Source: Actinomycetales bacterium | GTDB taxonomy: Bacteria; Actinomycetota; Actinomycetes; Actinomycetales; Microbacteriaceae | DNA: 64,000 nucleotides | NCBI GenBank assembly: GCA_038249035.1 | Contig: JBBRWT010000001.1 | Span: 1,247-65,246 of the forward strand | Reading direction: 5' to 3' | Shown here: one piece after another, positions 21,137 to 31,347 of the stretch | How the letters are laid out: every line of letters starts with the position of its first letter | How positions within the stretch are numbered: position 1 is the stretch's first letter | Program-made: the position numbers and the translations under genes | The notes under the pieces: model-generated | Told to the model about the DNA's origin: nothing | Databases searched by the model: none | The model's input: the letters and a program-made list of their open reading frames with translations, nothing else

Positions 21137-22371
21137 GGTGCTCGCGATACCGCGACCGGCGAAGGCCGTACGGGAACAGGAAGGTCGCGCGCGAGCGACA
21201 GCACTACCCCGATCGCGAGTAGCGACGAAACGAGAGCCGAGCCTCCCGCTGAGATGAACGGCAGCGGCACGCCGAGCACCGGCAACATGCCCAGCACGAC
21301 AGCAATATTGACGAGTGCTTGGCCGATGATCCACACCATGATCGCGCCGGTGGCGACACGATGGAACGGATTTTCGTGGGCGCGCACGAGGCGCACGAGC
21401 CCGACGGCGAGCACGGCGAAGAGCACGAGGACCACGAGCGCACCGATGAGGCCCAGCTCTTCTCCGATGATCGCGAAGATGAAGTCGCTCTCGGCGTGCG
21501 GCAACCAGCGCCACTTGGTCGCGGAGTTGCCGAGCCCCACGCCGAACACGCCACCAGAGCCGAGGGCCCAGAGAGCGTGCACCGACTGCCAGCAGGTGAA
21601 CTCGTAGTCTTCGGGCGCGCAGCCATTGAGCCAGACGTCGATGCGGTTCGAGCGCGAGATCGAGGTGAGGGCGAACAGCACTGCGCCCAGGGCAACGACG
21701 CCCATCATTCCGATCAGGTATCGCAAGGGCGCTCCGGCAAAAAACAGAGCGGCGAGCACGATCGCGATCATGATGGATGCCGTGCCGAGGTCTTGGCCCG
21801 CGAGCACCATGATGACGGCCAGCGCTGATACGGGCACAGCGGGGATCACGACGCTGCGCCAGTCGGTGAACGCGTTGGCTCGGTCGGCGAGCACGGTGGC
21901 GAGCCACACCACAAGCGCCAGCTTGAGAAACTCGGAAGGCTGGGCGGTGAAGCCGCCGAGCGAGATCCAATTCTGGTTTCCGCCATAGTCGTACCCGAGA
22001 CCCGTGAACACCAGTAGTTGTAAGACAAGGCCCAGCATGACGGCGTGCCGCGACCAGCGCCGCCAGACTCTCGCGGGCAACCGCGCGATCGTGAGCATGA
22101 GCGGGATGCCGATGAGCGCGAACAGCCCTTGCCTCAGAAAGACGGCGAAGAAGTCACCCTCGTTGTTCTGCGCAGAGGTCACCGCCGATGACGACAGCAC
22201 CATCACGAGCCCGAACAACACGAGAAAAATCACCGTGCCCACGACGATCATGGCATCGGGGTGCTCGACGCCGAACAGACGGCGAACCGCGACTACTACG
22301 GCAGGCGGCGTACGCGGTGCCGGAGCGGCTTCAGGCCCGGGGCGCCCCCGCGGAGGACGGACCGTCGTCAT
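21133..22371 (-). CDS. ftsW: SEDS-family peptidoglycan glycosyltransferase FtsW
   Basis: Polytopic FtsW/RodA-type sequence. ATG 22371 is preceded by GGGGGAG. Overlaps the murD 3' end by 41 nt. Confidence 0.9.
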   Translation of the reverse strand: MTTVRPPRGRPGPEAAPAPRTPPAVVVAVRRLFGVEHPDAMIVVGTVIFLVLFGLVMVLSSSAVTSAQNNEGDFFAVFLRQGLFALIGIPLMLTIARLPARVWRRWSRHAVMLGLVLQLLVFTGLGYDYGGNQNWISLGGFTAQPSEFLKLALVVWLATVLADRANAFTDWRSVVIPAVPVSALAVIMVLAGQDLGTASIMIAIVLAALFFAGAPLRYLIGMMGVVALGAVLFALTSISRSNRIDVWLNGCAPEDYEFTCWQSVHALWALGSGGVFGVGLGNSATKWRWLPHAESDFIFAIIGEELGLIGALVVLVLFAVLAVGLVRLVRAHENPFHRVATGAIMVWIIGQALVNIAVVLGMLPVLGVPLPFISAGGSALVSSLLAIGVVLSLARDLPVPVRPSPVAVSRAP

Positions 22372-23872
22372 GAGACTCCCCCTCCAGGTGTTGCCGCACC
22401 GCGGTGGCAAAGCGGTCACCGCGGTCGGCGTAGTCGACGAACTGATCCATGGACGCCGCGGCCGGAGCGAGGAGCACGGTGTCACCACCCTGCGCCACGT
22501 CGGCGGCCAACCGCACCGCGGCAGGCATCACCCGATCAGTCTCGTCGTGGTCGACCTCGAACAGCGGCAGCGCGGGCGCGTGTCGCGCGAACGCCGCGCG
22601 CACAGCATCCCGTTCGACACCGATGATGATGGCGGCCCGCAGCCGATCGCGGTGCGTTGAAACGAGCGGCGCCAGGTCGACACCCTTGAGCAGCCCGCCA
22701 ACGATCCAGACCACTGAGCGGTAGGCGCTCAACGCCGACGCTGCCGCGTGTGGATTCGTGGCCTTAGAGTCGTCGACCCACGCGATGTCGGCATTGACCG
22801 CGACGAGCTCGGTGCGGTGCGCGTCGACGCGAAAGCGCCGCAGCGCATCGCGCACTGATGCAGGGGCGACACCAACTGCGCGCGCCAGGGCCGCGGCGGC
22901 GAGAGTATTTGCGAGGCCGTGCGGGGTCGCGAGACCCGCGGCCGCGACATCCGCGAGCTCGGCGAGCTCGAGGGCGGCCGTACGGCGCTCATCGAGAAAG
23001 GCGCGGTCGACGATCAGGTTGTCGACCACGCCGACGTCGCTGGGCCCGGGCACGGTTGCCCCGAACCCGATCGCCCGACAGCCCTCCTGCACCTCGGCCT
23101 CTTCGACCATGCGCATCGTGGCGGCGTCGCCGAGGTTATAGATACACGCGACCCGGGTGTGCGCATACACCTTGGACTTCGCGACGGCGTACCCCTCAGC
23201 ACTTCCGTGCCAGTCGTAGTGGTCTTCGGCAAGGTTCAGGCACACGCTCGCGAGCGGGAGCACCGCGCCGGGGCCCGATTCGGGCATCCAATGCAGCTGA
23301 AAACTCGAGAGTTCGACTACCAGTACATCGAACCCGGCCGGATCGCGCACGGCATCGAGCACGGGCACGCCGATGTTGCCGCACGGCGCGACTCGACGAC
23401 CATCTTCTTGCAGCATGGTCGCGGCCAGTTGGGTTGTGGTGGTCTTGCCGTTAGTGCCCGTGATCAGCACCCACTCGGCGGGCGGCGCCACCTTGTCGCG
23501 CACGCGCCAGGCCAGCTCGATGTCGCCCCACACCGGGATACCGCGCTCTTGGGCCCACACCACGAGCGGATGCTCTGGGCGGAAACCCGGCGAGACAATG
23601 ACGAGTTCGGGATCGAACTCGTCACAAGCGGCGGGCACCTGCTCGCCCGATTCGAGTTCGATGAGGTCGACACCGATCACGGTCAGGATGCGCGCTCGAT
23701 CGTCGTCGGGCCGGTGCGCTGCGACGAGCACACGTGATTCCAGTTCGGCGAGAGTGTCGGCGACGGCGAAACCGGTGACGCCGAGCCCCAGCACGAGCAC
23801 ACGCAAGCCAGACCAGTCGTCGTGCCAACTCTGCAAATCGTCTGGGCGCCCCACGGCTACTGGCTGACCCAT
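22331..23872 (-). CDS. murD: UDP-N-acetylmuramoylalanine--D-glutamate ligase
   Basis: P-loop GTNGKTTT and Mur ligase central and C-terminal domains. Confidence 0.93.
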   Translation of the reverse strand: MGQPVAVGRPDDLQSWHDDWSGLRVLVLGLGVTGFAVADTLAELESRVLVAAHRPDDDRARILTVIGVDLIELESGEQVPAACDEFDPELVIVSPGFRPEHPLVVWAQERGIPVWGDIELAWRVRDKVAPPAEWVLITGTNGKTTTTQLAATMLQEDGRRVAPCGNIGVPVLDAVRDPAGFDVLVVELSSFQLHWMPESGPGAVLPLASVCLNLAEDHYDWHGSAEGYAVAKSKVYAHTRVACIYNLGDAATMRMVEEAEVQEGCRAIGFGATVPGPSDVGVVDNLIVDRAFLDERRTAALELAELADVAAAGLATPHGLANTLAAAALARAVGVAPASVRDALRRFRVDAHRTELVAVNADIAWVDDSKATNPHAAASALSAYRSVVWIVGGLLKGVDLAPLVSTHRDRLRAAIIIGVERDAVRAAFARHAPALPLFEVDHDETDRVMPAAVRLAADVAQGGDTVLLAPAAASMDQFVDYADRGDRFATAVRQHLEGESHDDGPSSAGAPRA

Positions 23873-24954
23873 TCGAGGTAGAACAGGCCGACGCCAACGG
23901 CCACGAACAGGCCGCCGATGAGCCAGAATCGCACAACGACGGTGACCTCTGCCCAGCCCTTCAGCTCGAAGTGGTGGTGCAACGGACTCATTAAGAAGAT
24001 GCGTTTGCCTTTAGTGATCTTGAAGTAGGCCCGCTGCAGAATCACCGAGCCCGTGACGATGAGGAACAGCCCGCCGATGAGCACGAGTAGTAGTTCGGTG
24101 CGGGTCAGGATGGCGAGCGCAGCGAGAGCACCGCCGATGGCGAGCGAGCCGGTATCACCCATGAAGATCTGGGCGGGCGAGGTGTTCCACCAGAGAAACC
24201 CGATGAGGCTTGCCGCGATGGCCGCTGCGACGATGGCGAGATCCAGCGAGTCACGAACCTCGTAGCACCGGTAGACGTTGTCCCGGTCGATCAAGTCGTT
24301 GAAGCACGACTGGTTGAACTGCCAGAAGGCAATGAAGATATACGCAGCGATGGAGAGGATCGAGGCTCCCGTCGCGAGTCCGTCGAGACCGTCAGCCACA
24401 TTGACGGCGTTCGACGTGCTCACGACGATCACGTTGACCCAGATCGCGAAGAGAATTACTGCGCCGATCGAGCCAGCGATCGCCAGATCGAGCCAGTGGA
24501 TGTCGCGCACTGCGGAGATCATCGTTGACGCAGGCGTCTCGCCGTTCTCGTCGGGGAACGACAGCGCGAGCACGGCAAACACCGTGGCAACGACTGCCTG
24601 GCCGGCGATCTTGGCCCAGCCCCCCAGCCCCAGGCTGCGCTGCTTGCGCGTCTTGGTGAAGTCGTCAATGAACCCGATCAGTCCGAGCCCCACCATGAGA
24701 AGCAGCACAAGCAATGCGCTGAAAGTGATTGGTTCGCCGCTGACGACGTGACCAAAGAAGTAGCCGAGCACTGACCCCAGAATGAAGACGATGCCGCCCA
24801 TGGTCGGCGTTCCGCGCTTTGTGTGATGCGACTGCGGGCCGTCGTCGCGAATGAATTGGCCCCACTCGAGGCGGTTGAAGAGCCGGATAAACAAAGGCGT
24901 CAGCAACAGCGTGAACGCCAGCGAGAACGCTCCAGCGAGCATCAGCGCGATCAT
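23857..24954 (-). CDS. mraY: phospho-N-acetylmuramoyl-pentapeptide transferase
   Basis: Motifs GFIDDFTK and [13 protein letters not shown]. Ten-TM profile. Confidence 0.95.
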   Translation of the reverse strand: MIALMLAGAFSLAFTLLLTPLFIRLFNRLEWGQFIRDDGPQSHHTKRGTPTMGGIVFILGSVLGYFFGHVVSGEPITFSALLVLLLMVGLGLIGFIDDFTKTRKQRSLGLGGWAKIAGQAVVATVFAVLALSFPDENGETPASTMISAVRDIHWLDLAIAGSIGAVILFAIWVNVIVVSTSNAVNVADGLDGLATGASILSIAAYIFIAFWQFNQSCFNDLIDRDNVYRCYEVRDSLDLAIVAAAIAASLIGFLWWNTSPAQIFMGDTGSLAIGGALAALAILTRTELLLVLIGGLFLIVTGSVILQRAYFKITKGKRIFLMSPLHHHFELKGWAEVTVVVRFWLIGGLFVAVGVGLFYLEWVSQ

Positions 24955-25607
24955 TGCTCAGCCTCGACGAGTCGAGCGACCAGGCGGTCGAGAGGGGTTC
25001 GGGATGCGGCGCTCACCAAAACCACATCCCCTTCATGGACCTGCGCACGCAGCACATCGTATGCCTGCTCAAGTGTGTCGACGAGGATCGACTCTCCGTC
25101 CCACGAGCCTTCAAGCCCCGCAGCGTTGTGAATGTGGCGGGCGCCCTCTGCCACCACAATCAGCTGGCCGATGTCGAGCCGCACCACAATGCGCCCGAGA
25201 GCGTCGTGATCGTCGAACCAGTCGGCGGGCTCGGATTCGAGCTCGCCGAGCACGGCAAATGAGCGCGCACGACCGCGCGCAAGATCGGCGAGCACACGCA
25301 GTGCTGCGCGCACCTCCAGCGCCGTGCTCGAGCCGGTGTCGTCGAGTAGCAGGGCGCCGTTGGACAGTTCACGTCGTGCCGTGCGCCCGGGAATGTCGGT
25401 GATGCTTCGCGAAATGGCCTCGACTGCCGTGGCCAGGGTCTCGCCAGCCCCGAGCCGCTCGTCGATGAGGGCGAGGGCGGCGTCGACGGACACCTGCCCC
25501 ACCGCGTCGAGCTGTAGTTCGACCTGATGGTCATTAACGCGCACGAGAACGAGCGAACCCTCGAGGCGGTACACGACGTCGTCAACAACGATCGTGGAGG
25601 GCATCAT
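24951..25607 (-). CDS. murF: truncated, motif-degenerate MurF-like protein (C-terminal half only; possibly a pseudogene remnant)
   Basis: Occupies the murF slot. The 218 codons align by eye to roughly the last 200 residues of MurF. There is no P-loop and no N-terminal domain. The ORF is open, starts 4 nt after the murE TAA and overlaps mraY by ATGA. Confidence 0.6.
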   Translation of the reverse strand: MMPSTIVVDDVVYRLEGSLVLVRVNDHQVELQLDAVGQVSVDAALALIDERLGAGETLATAVEAISRSITDIPGRTARRELSNGALLLDDTGSSTALEVRAALRVLADLARGRARSFAVLGELESEPADWFDDHDALGRIVVRLDIGQLIVVAEGARHIHNAAGLEGSWDGESILVDTLEQAYDVLRAQVHEGDVVLVSAASRTPLDRLVARLVEAEQ

Positions 25608-25611
25608 CGCG

Positions 25612-27147
25612 TTACCAGCCCGCTTCGCGCAAGGCCGCTCGGGCCTCGTCGCGTGCCGAATAGTCGGTGCGCACACCGCGAATGTCTCGGTAGTCCTGAT
25701 GGCCGGGGCCCGCCCAGAGGATGGAGTCACCCTGCCGCGCGAGATTGACTGCAACCCGGATGGCCTTCTCGGGCGGACTCACCTCGTGGATTTCGGGTGA
25801 ATTCGACGCAAGAGCTGCGCCTTCGAGCAGCGTGGCCCTGATCGAGGCCGGATCTTCGAATCGCGGATGGTGGTCGGTAATAACGAGCACATCGCACCCC
25901 TCGGCCGCCACGCGAGCCATCTCGTGCCGCTTCGTCGCGTCGCGGTCACCATCAGCCCCAAAAACCATAATTGTGCGTCCGCTCGTAAATCCCCGAACGG
26001 CAGCCAGAGTGTTTTCGAAAGCGTCGGCACTGTGGCCGAAGTCTACGTAGACGCTCGGCCCGCTATCACCCGAGACGCGCTCCGTGCGACCCGGCAGATA
26101 CGCGTTAACGCCCGCAGTGGCGAGCGCCGCGGCGATCGTGTCGAGCGCGATACCCGACTCGACGAGCATGACGATCGCGAGTCCGGCGTTGGCGGCCATG
26201 TGCCCGCCGATGAGCGGCACCCGAGTCTCAATCGACTGTTCTTCGGGGCCTACGAGCCGAAACCCGGTGTGGGCCGGGTGCTCGTCGGTGATCTCGACGC
26301 GCCAGTCGGCCGCGACGTGGGGGCGCGAGGCAATCGTGACGACTGGGATACGCGCCGCATCCACCACTCGCGCCCCGTACGGCGAATCAAGCGACACGAC
26401 CCCGCGTCGTCCCCGATCCTCGAAAAACAGTGGCACCTTTGCCGCGAAGTACTCGTCCATGTCGGCGTAGTCGTCGAGGTGATCGTGCGTGAGATTGGTG
26501 AAGCCGACCACGTCGAACAGCAGACCATCAACACGGTGACGGCTGAGCGCCTGCGCGCTGACCTCGACGGCCACAGCCTCGACTCCGGCCTCGCGCATGC
26601 GGGCTAATAGGGCGTGCATCTCACTCGCCTCGGGGGTGGTCAAGCGGCTGACGACCGTGAGTTCGCCGATGTGGCGCTCGGCGGTTGAGCTGAGTCCGGT
26701 GACGAGGCCCAGTTGGCGCAGGATGCCCTCGAGCAAGTATGCCGTCGAGGTCTTGCCGTTCGTCCCGGTGACGCCGAGCATAAGCGGCGGATGCTCGCGC
26801 GTTCGATAAACCCATGCCGAGATCTCACCGAGCGACGAGCGTGGGTCATCGACGACCACGACCGGTAGTCCGGACTGCTCGGCGACCAGGAGTCCTTCGC
26901 GGTCGGTCAAGACGGCCACCGCGCCCGCTGCGGCTGCGTCGCTTGCGAACTCTGCTCCGTGGCGGTTCGCACCGCGCAAACCCACGAACAGGTCACCTGA
27001 CCGCAGGTCGCCTGTCGACAGTGTCACCCCCGTGAGGACGACGCCCTCGGCAACCCCGTGGTGCTCAAGGCGAAAAGCCTCAATGAGTCCGGCGAGCGGT
27101 CGGGGCTCGGGATGCTCGGGTCGCAAGACGGGGGGAATGCGAGACAA
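25612..27147 (-). CDS. murE: UDP-N-acetylmuramoyl-L-alanyl-D-glutamate--diamino acid ligase
   Basis: P-loop GVTGTNGKTST, plus FGADGDRDATKR and GPGHQDY. The DNPR specificity motif is replaced by HHPR. Confidence 0.93.
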   Translation of the reverse strand: MSRIPPVLRPEHPEPRPLAGLIEAFRLEHHGVAEGVVLTGVTLSTGDLRSGDLFVGLRGANRHGAEFASDAAAAGAVAVLTDREGLLVAEQSGLPVVVVDDPRSSLGEISAWVYRTREHPPLMLGVTGTNGKTSTAYLLEGILRQLGLVTGLSSTAERHIGELTVVSRLTTPEASEMHALLARMREAGVEAVAVEVSAQALSRHRVDGLLFDVVGFTNLTHDHLDDYADMDEYFAAKVPLFFEDRGRRGVVSLDSPYGARVVDAARIPVVTIASRPHVAADWRVEITDEHPAHTGFRLVGPEEQSIETRVPLIGGHMAANAGLAIVMLVESGIALDTIAAALATAGVNAYLPGRTERVSGDSGPSVYVDFGHSADAFENTLAAVRGFTSGRTIMVFGADGDRDATKRHEMARVAAEGCDVLVITDHHPRFEDPASIRATLLEGAALASNSPEIHEVSPPEKAIRVAVNLARQGDSILWAGPGHQDYRDIRGVRTDYSARDEARAALREAGW

Positions 27148-27176
27148 CGCAACCTCGATCTTTCTGGTCCGACCTC

Positions 27177-28952
27177 TTACCAGGTCAACGGGATACTTGG
27201 TGCCGGCGCCGTCGACGGGGGTACCCGGAAGGTCTTCAGCACCTGAGTCATGATCGACCGGAAGGTGGGCGCGGCGGCGGCAGACGTCTTCATCGTATCG
27301 GGCTTGCCATAGGTCACGACGACCACGAACTTCGGGTCGTCGGCGGGGGCCGTACCAGCGACCGTCACAATACGCTGGTTGCCATACGCGCCGTTCTCGG
27401 ATACCTCGGCGGTACCGGTCTTGGCTGCCACGCGGTAGCCAGGGATGGTGAGTTGCCGCGAGAGGAAGCCCTGGGTTACGACGTTCTCGAGGGTCGTGAT
27501 GACGTCACGCGCAGCCGATACGCTGACGACTTGTTCGCCCTCGGTCGGTGGCAGGTTGGTGACAGTGCCATCCTCATGCTCGCACCCGGTCACGAGGGTG
27601 AGAGGCGCGCGCACACCGTCGTTCGCGAGAGCCTGATAGAGGCTCGCCACTTGCGCACTTGTTGCTGTCATGCCCTGGCCGAACATCTGCGTAACGGCGG
27701 TGTGTCCGTCGATCGCGTCGACCTCACTGACGTACCCGGGCTCTTCACCGAGAAAATCGACGGCGGTCGCGGTTCCAAAGCCGAACCCGGTCAAGTAGTC
27801 GTGCCTCTGCTGCAGCGAGAGACGCTCGCTCAGCACCGCTGTGCCCGTATTCGACGAATTCGTGAGGACACCGGCGGTCGTGTAGCGCAGGTCGCCGTGA
27901 TCCCACGCGTCGCCGATCTGGTACCCGGCGATGGTGTTGTAGCGGCGAGGCGCGATGACCTGGTCAGCAAGCGTCGCGGCACCCGAATCAAGCAGGGCGG
28001 CAAAGGTGGCCGCCTTGAGCGTCGAGCCTGGCTCGTACGGCCAAGTGAAAACCCTCGACCCCAAGTTCTCGGGGGCCGTACCGTTGACATTGTTCGGGTC
28101 GACTGTCGGCCAGTCAGCGGCCGCGATGATGTGTCCATCCCCCACGCGCACAACAACCGCGGTGGCCCACTCTGCGCCGATTGCCGTGGCCTGCTCGGCG
28201 ATCGCCTGTTGGGCGAACCACTGAACGTCGGCATCGATCGTCAGGTGCAGGGTGCCCCCATCGACCGCGTCTTGTGCCACGACCGTGGTGCCAGGCAAGC
28301 GAACGCCGTCGGCGCCGCGCTCGTAGGTTGCCGATCCGTCGGCGGCCTGCAGGCAGTCATTGAGGCGATACTCGAGCCCCGTCTGAGGCCCGTCGGTGCC
28401 GAGAAAACCGACCAAATTTCCGGCGATCTGACCATTCGGGTAGGTGCGGGCGGGGATGCGTTCCCAATACACCCACGGGACACCGAGGGCGCGCACCTGC
28501 TCGAACACGTCGGGGGTGACCCCGCGGGCGAGGTACGCGTGATCATCCTCTGGTTCCACGGCAAGCTGAGACTGAATCTCAGCCAACATCGCGGTGGCAT
28601 CGCCACCAACGATGGCGGCGAGGGCAGCAAGCGATTCGGCCACCGGGCGTGTTACCTGTTCGCCTGTCGCCTGATCGGTGCGCGTGTAGTCGCGCACAAA
28701 GCGCGGCGACACAGTGATGTCATAGCGAAAGACCGAATCAGCGAGCACCACATCGCGGGCATCAACGATGTCACCGCGGGCACCATGGATTGTGATGGGA
28801 ATCGACCGCCGCGCCTCTGACTCTTGAGAAAGTTGCTCGGCGCGCACGACCTGAATGTCGACCAGTCGCACGACGAACGCCGACAACACAATGGCGAGCA
28901 CGAGCATCCACGCCGCGAGGCGGCGGCGCGTGCGGCGCTCAGCGGTCACCAT
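27177..28952 (-). CDS. ftsI: class B penicillin-binding protein (FtsI-type transpeptidase)
   Basis: N-terminal TM anchor. SxxK (GSTLKA), SxN (NSSN) and KTG (AKTGTA) motifs. Confidence 0.92.
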   Translation of the reverse strand: MVTAERRTRRRLAAWMLVLAIVLSAFVVRLVDIQVVRAEQLSQESEARRSIPITIHGARGDIVDARDVVLADSVFRYDITVSPRFVRDYTRTDQATGEQVTRPVAESLAALAAIVGGDATAMLAEIQSQLAVEPEDDHAYLARGVTPDVFEQVRALGVPWVYWERIPARTYPNGQIAGNLVGFLGTDGPQTGLEYRLNDCLQAADGSATYERGADGVRLPGTTVVAQDAVDGGTLHLTIDADVQWFAQQAIAEQATAIGAEWATAVVVRVGDGHIIAAADWPTVDPNNVNGTAPENLGSRVFTWPYEPGSTLKAATFAALLDSGAATLADQVIAPRRYNTIAGYQIGDAWDHGDLRYTTAGVLTNSSNTGTAVLSERLSLQQRHDYLTGFGFGTATAVDFLGEEPGYVSEVDAIDGHTAVTQMFGQGMTATSAQVASLYQALANDGVRAPLTLVTGCEHEDGTVTNLPPTEGEQVVSVSAARDVITTLENVVTQGFLSRQLTIPGYRVAAKTGTAEVSENGAYGNQRIVTVAGTAPADDPKFVVVVTYGKPDTMKTSAAAAPTFRSIMTQVLKTFRVPPSTAPAPSIPLTW

Positions 28953-28974
28953 GTGGGGTCGTCCTTCGGCTCGA

Positions 28975-29577
28975 TTAGCGCGTCACGGGCGAGGGCAGCG
29001 CCCCCGATGACGGCACCGCACTCGAGGCTGACGGTAGCGACCCCGACGACAGCGGCGTCGGAGGCACGCCCGAAGTGGCCGCCGATGCACCCCCTGCCGC
29101 CGTCGGGGTCACGAGGGGCACGTCGGCCAGCAGCACATTGCCGACGAGATCGCCCCGACCGTCGAGAACGCCCGAGCCGGCCCCCGCCGGCGTCGGTGAG
29201 CCCTGTACGGAGCCATTGGAGAGCAGAAGGAATGCGGGGCTCACGGTGCTGACAACCATGCCAAGCGATTCGGCATTGGCCGCGACGTTTTGGGCCGAGT
29301 CATAGACGTTGAGTCGCTCGGTGAGCACTTGGGCCGTTCGGTCGAGCTCAATGCGCTGCGCCTCGAGTGCGGTGATCGTGTAGGCGCCCTCCGAGAGCAC
29401 GATGCTCAGCAGTAGTTGGGTCAGCAGGATGGCGAAGACTCCCGCCACCGTGGCTATCGCGTACGCTGCCCGAGGTCGCGCTCGGCGCTGGCTGCGCGTG
29501 GCGACGACCTCGAGGGGGCCCTGGCTGGGGGAAACCCGGCGCGGACGAGGGGCTGCAGTGAACGGCACGGCGCTCAC
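28975..29577 (-). CDS. ftsL: FtsL-like septum formation protein
   Basis: Bitopic: a basic N-terminus, TM helix [18 protein letters not shown], then a coiled-coil-like segment and an S/P/A-rich tail. It sits in the conserved slot between rsmH and ftsI, with a GTGA overlap on rsmH. Confidence 0.65.
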   Translation of the reverse strand: MSAVPFTAAPRPRRVSPSQGPLEVVATRSQRRARPRAAYAIATVAGVFAILLTQLLLSIVLSEGAYTITALEAQRIELDRTAQVLTERLNVYDSAQNVAANAESLGMVVSTVSPAFLLLSNGSVQGSPTPAGAGSGVLDGRGDLVGNVLLADVPLVTPTAAGGASAATSGVPPTPLSSGSLPSASSAVPSSGALPSPVTR

Positions 29578-30608
29578 GCGGCGTCTCGCAGTCGTTCAGC
29601 CGCGCGAAGGCGCACAGGGATAGCTCGGGGGTTGCGGGCGCGCTCGGCCTCGCCAGCTTGCTCGGCACCGCGCACCAACAGGGCAAACTCGGGGCGGTGC
29701 TCGGGCAGCTCGACAGGCAGGCCGGCCGGTGCCGTCGACCGAGAACGCGCAGCAAGTTCTCGCTTGACGATGCGATCCTCGAGCGACTGGTAAGCGAGCA
29801 CGACGATTCGCCCCCCGACGGCCAGCGCATTCAATGCCGCCGGCAGAGCAGCCTCGAGCGCGGCGAGCTCGGCGTTGACCTCAATGCGGAGCGCCTGAAA
29901 CACGCGTTTTGCGGGATGGCCCGCCCGCTGCACCGCGCGCGGCGTCGCGTCAATGATGAGTTGAACCAGTTGCGAAGAGCGTTCGAGGGGACTCTCGGCG
30001 CGGGCCCTGACGATGCTGCGGGCGTAGCGTGGCGCGAGCTTCTCTTCTCCGTAGGCATAGAAAATGCGTCGCAGTTCCTCTTCGGGATACTCGGCCAGCA
30101 CCGTGGCTGCGGTCATGCCCGTCGTGCGGTCCATGCGCATGTCGAGCGGGGCATCCTGCGAATAGGCGAAGCCGCGCTCGGCCTCGTCAAGCTGCATCGA
30201 CGACACGCCCAGGTCAAACAACACGGCAGTCGCGCGGTCGATGCCGAGATCGTCAAGCGCCTCGCGCACGCCGCTGTAGACGGTGTGCACAAGTCTGGCG
30301 CGATCGCCGAACCGGGCGAGTCGGGCCCCTGCCTTGGACAGAGCGTCGGTGTCGCGGTCCAGACCGACCAGCGTCAGGCCTGGGTGCCGTTCGAGAGCGG
30401 CTTCAGCGTGGCCTCCGAGCCCGAGCGTCGCGTCAACCAGCACGGCACCCTCGTCGCGCAGAGCGGGATCGAGAAGTTCGAGCGTGCGCTCGAGCATGAC
30501 GGGAATGTGCGCAGGGGTGGCGGTCATCATTGTGTCCGGGTCGGCCGCGGGGCCCTGATCCCCATCCGTGCGACCTGTCACCGGGGAAGGTGCGTCAGGG
30601 CGACTCAC
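29574..30608 (-). CDS. rsmH: 16S rRNA (cytosine1402-N4)-methyltransferase
   Basis: Motifs [15 protein letters not shown] and GVSSMQLD. The start is ambiguous: GTG 30608 or ATG 30530. Confidence 0.93.
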   Translation of the reverse strand: MSRPDAPSPVTGRTDGDQGPAADPDTMMTATPAHIPVMLERTLELLDPALRDEGAVLVDATLGLGGHAEAALERHPGLTLVGLDRDTDALSKAGARLARFGDRARLVHTVYSGVREALDDLGIDRATAVLFDLGVSSMQLDEAERGFAYSQDAPLDMRMDRTTGMTAATVLAEYPEEELRRIFYAYGEEKLAPRYARSIVRARAESPLERSSQLVQLIIDATPRAVQRAGHPAKRVFQALRIEVNAELAALEAALPAALNALAVGGRIVVLAYQSLEDRIVKRELAARSRSTAPAGLPVELPEHRPEFALLVRGAEQAGEAERARNPRAIPVRLRAAERLRDAA

Positions 30609-30631
30609 GGCTGGGAGTCAGGATCACGCGA

Positions 30632-31066
30632 TCAAAAGAGTCCGGGAATCACCTCCTCCTCGGTGTTGGCGAACGCGTCTTCACGCTCGGAGTAGTAGGA
30701 GTTCCAGGCCTCGGTGGACCAGATTTCGGCACGGTCGCCGGCACCGATCACGGTCAGCTCGCGGTCGAGCCCTGCATAGTCACGCAGCACCGTGGGGATC
30801 ATCACGCGGTGCTGCGAGTCGGGCTCTTGCTCGCTCGCTCCCGAGAGGAAGAAGCGTTGAAACTCACGGCCCTGCTTGCTCGTCAGCGGCGCGATGCGTA
30901 GCTTCTCGAGCTGCTGCTGAAACGTCGCGCTACTGAACACATAGATGCAGTGCTCTTGCCCGCGGGTCAGCACGACTCCCCCGGCCAGATCACTGCGGAA
31001 CTTGGCGGGAAGGATGATGCGCCCTTTGTCGTCGAGCTTGGGGGTGTGCGTGCCGAGAAGCATCAA
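30632..31066 (-). CDS. mraZ: transcriptional regulator MraZ
   Basis: [21 protein letters not shown] and a duplicated SpoVT-AbrB-type half. 144 aa. Confidence 0.95.
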   Translation of the reverse strand: MMLLGTHTPKLDDKGRIILPAKFRSDLAGGVVLTRGQEHCIYVFSSATFQQQLEKLRIAPLTSKQGREFQRFFLSGASEQEPDSQHRVMIPTVLRDYAGLDRELTVIGAGDRAEIWSTEAWNSYYSEREDAFANTEEEVIPGLF

Positions 31067-31107
31067 CCTGGCCCCCTCTCATCTCCGGCCCGAGATCAGG
31101 TGATGAC

Positions 31108-31137
31108 CTCCACTTTACTCCACTTTCCTCCACTTAG
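31108..31137 (-). promoter_or_regulatory. MraZ operator: three phased direct repeats upstream of mraZ
   Basis: The minus strand reads TAAGTGGAG-GAAAGTGGAG-TAAAGTGGAG with exact 10-bp periodicity, 42-71 nt upstream of the mraZ start. A fourth, weaker in-phase copy (AAAGTGGCG) lies at 31178-31187. Confidence 0.6.
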
Positions 31138-31293
31138 TAAAGGATCCACAGCAATGTATCCCTCTTACGTGGCTCTGCGCCACTTTGGAAGCCCAGATTT
31201 CCGGGACTTCACGCCCGTAACGGGGGAAGGAGGCGGGTGGAGGGATCGGAGATGAGAAGGGGGCAGAAACGGGTATGCGACCGCTGAGCACAC

Positions 31294-31325
31294 AAAAAAC
31301 GGGGCCGACCCGAAGGTCGACCCCG
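31294..31325 (-). terminator. intrinsic terminator of the DUF3040 gene
   Basis: On the minus strand, an 11-position stem (10 pairs) CGGGGTCGACC/GGTCGGCCCCG with loop TTCG, followed by TTTTTT. It starts 23 nt after the stop at 31348. Confidence 0.7.
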
Positions 31326-31347
31326 TGAAATGGAGGGGGGTGGAGCG

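Noticed and set aside
21137-21970. The 277-codon N-terminal extension of the murG ORF (the track lists 20048..21970 as a 640-aa ORF), which could suggest a fused or novel protein.
   Set aside because: This part overlaps ftsW out of frame and is Arg/Pro-rich with no motif. MurG begins cleanly at ATG 21136 (MTTALLAGGGTAGHVNP) with an ATGA overlap on the ftsW stop.
31142-31150. A DnaA-box-like GGATCCACA in the mraZ upstream region.
   Set aside because: It is a single copy matching only 7 of 9 positions of TTATCCACA. A chance occurrence cannot be excluded.
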